DNA of 64,000 bases from an uncultured Actinomycetes bacterium (lineage in GTDB: Bacteria; Actinomycetota; Acidimicrobiia; Spongiisociales; DATADW01). Positions 62,437-64,000 of the stretch are shown in pieces. Both the position numbers and the translations under genes were made by a program. Below the pieces are notes generated by a model. That model saw only the letters and a list, made by a program, of their open reading frames with translations. It did not search any database and was not told the origin of the DNA. The first letter of the stretch is position 1. Every line of letters starts with the position of its first letter. The stretch is taken from assembly GCA_963824995.1 (NCBI GenBank), contig CAWGRK010000001.1:201094-265093 (forward strand). Direction: 5' to 3'.

Positions 62437-62450
62437 CACAAACGGTTGTT
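62437..62450. promoter_or_regulatory. Putative LacI-family operator
   Basis: CACAAACGGTTGTT between the LacI gene and the creatininase gene; resembles the sites at 36345 and 57252. Confidence 0.55.
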
Positions 62451-62466
62451 CAGAGACACTAACCCG

Positions 62467-63500
62467 TCAGGTTCGGGGCGGAGCCGTCGACCCCCTGACC
62501 ACCAACTCGGGTTCGACGAGTTGGGTCTCGGGCGGCATGGCCGGATCGGAGATCGTCGCCAGCAGACTCCTCGCCGCCATCGAGCCGAGCTCGTACTGCG
62601 AGATGCGCACCGTGGTCAGCGGTGGTGAGAACCGGTCGCTGTAGGGCATGTCGTTGAAGCCCACCACCGAGACGTCCCCTGGGCAGGTCTTGCCTCGTTG
62701 CCTGATGGCATCGATAGCACCCAGGGCGAGGCGATCGTTGGCTGCGACCACGGCGGTGGTCTCAGGCATTTCATCGAGCAGTTCACCCGTCACCCGGTAG
62801 CCCTCCTCCTCGGTGTGACGGTGAGCGAAGCCGCGACCCCCGGCCAGACCGGCTTCTCGGAGTATCTCCTCGAAGGCGCCGAGGCGGTTGACGGTGGAGG
62901 ACACGTCCTTCGGTCCCCCCACGTGCACGATGTTGCGATGCCCCAGCGAGAGGAGGTGTTCGACGGCCATCCTCGTCCCGGCATGATCGTCGGGTAGCAC
63001 GGCGCTGATGGAGGAGATGGCGGTGGCACGGTTGAACAGGATCACCGGTATCCCCTCATCGACCAGTCCGGCGAGCACCCGATCCTCGTCCCTTGCCACG
63101 CCGTACAGCAGTCCTTCGGCCTGGACGCCGAGCATGGCCGATACCTGCACCTCGGCATGGCCGGGGTCGTCGTCTGTACTGGCGAGTAACAGCGAGTAAC
63201 CGTCGGCGGAGAGGACATCACCTGCACCCGCGTGATCCCCGCCTGGTACAGGTTGGCCACATCCGGGACGACCATCCCGACGACGAGCGTCCGTCCGGTG
63301 CGCAGGGCGCGGGCGATGGTGTTCGGCCGGTAGCCCAACCTCCGGGCGACGTCCCGGATGCGATGCTCGGTGTCCTGGGTGATCCGACCGGCGGCCGCTC
63401 GGTCGTTGAGAACACGGGAGACGGTGGAGACGTGCACTCCCGCCTCGCGAGCGACATCACGCAGCGTCGGCTTGGTACCCCTGGTCTCGTTTTCAGACAC
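62467..63500 (-). CDS. LacI family transcriptional regulator; frameshift near 63228
   Basis: [21 protein letters not shown]...[10 protein letters not shown], then the ligand domain ([21 protein letters not shown]) in the next frame. Confidence 0.9.
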
Positions 63501-63594
63501 GGAGGCGAGCGTACCGAAGCGTGGTTCACCACCCATACGGAACGGACCGTCCCGTGGTTTCCTAGCTTGGGCAGCTCTAGGAAGGCCAGGAAAG

Positions 63595-64000
63595 ATGCAT
63601 CCCGAGGACACGTCCGGATTCCGACTCGTCGGCCACTCCGACCTTGGGGGCTATGGCGACGGAATGCAGGTCATGCCCCACGGAGATGTTCTCTTCGTCG
63701 GCCACTTCGGCCCCAGCGGCAAGGGAACCTCGATCCTCGACATCTCGGACCCCACGGCGCCGCAGATGATCCGGCAGTGGGATGCCCCCCCGGGGTCGCA
63801 CACCCACAAGGTGCAGGTGGCGGATGGCCTCTTGCTGGTCAACCACGAGCTGTTCCGGAGCGAGGGACCGGCGCCGGTGGGTATGGCGGTGTACGACCTC
63901 GATGACCCGGAGAGCCCGGCGCAGGTCGGCTTCTTCGACACCGGCGGGCGGGGCGTTCACCGGATCGTCTACGAGGGCGGCGACCTCGCCTACATCTCGG
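63595..64000 (+). CDS. LVIVD-repeat (beta-propeller) protein, truncated by window edge
   Basis: Translated by hand: MHPEDTSGFRLVGHSDLGGYGDGMQV...SILDISDPTAP...HTHKVQV...AVYDLDDPESP...GVHR; not in the ORF track because it has no stop. Confidence 0.8.
   Translation, partial: MHPEDTSGFRLVGHSDLGGYGDGMQVMPHGDVLFVGHFGPSGKGTSILDISDPTAPQMIRQWDAPPGSHTHKVQVADGLLLVNHELFRSEGPAPVGMAVYDLDDPESPAQVGFFDTGGRGVHRIVYEGGDLAYIS

Overview
GC-rich bacterial DNA, most likely an actinobacterium. SLH-like domains containing GCNPP..DRFCP, an LLM/F420 oxidoreductase, an MDMPI protein and actinobacterial NrdR boxes point to Acidimicrobiia-like lineages (inference). About 65 CDS; no rRNA, tRNA, CRISPR array, transposase or integrase seen. 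Blocks: (1) 1-12.9 kb metabolic and transport genes (aromatic amino-acid lyase fragment, icmF, serine hydrolase, LLM oxidoreductase, MFS, aldo/keto reductase, ABC exporter). (2) 13-22.4 kb general-stress island: TspO, GlsB/YeaQ, Dps, CsbD and a sigmaB/F partner-switching module whose sigma factor is fused to an N-terminal HATPase (anti-sigma) domain. It also holds three degenerate HATPase proteins, two STAS proteins, a PP2C phosphatase, at least six GTT(T/C)-N16-GGG(T/A)A(N) promoters and two very small proteins. (3) 22.5-36.3 kb: ilvE, ABC exporter, Rieske-FAD reductase, NrdR-controlled nrdJ, pirin, VanY-SLH protein. (4) Two LacI-associated catabolic segments (36.4-39.9 kb and 57.4-64 kb) sharing an operator-like motif. 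(5) Between them, a ~17 kb arginine-deiminase island (arcB-arcC-arcA, NhaC and YfcC antiporters, SHOCT/DUF6325 trio) headed by a P-type ATPase with a non-canonical PTGL ion-binding motif. About eight genes carry single-base frameshifts, most likely long-read assembly errors.
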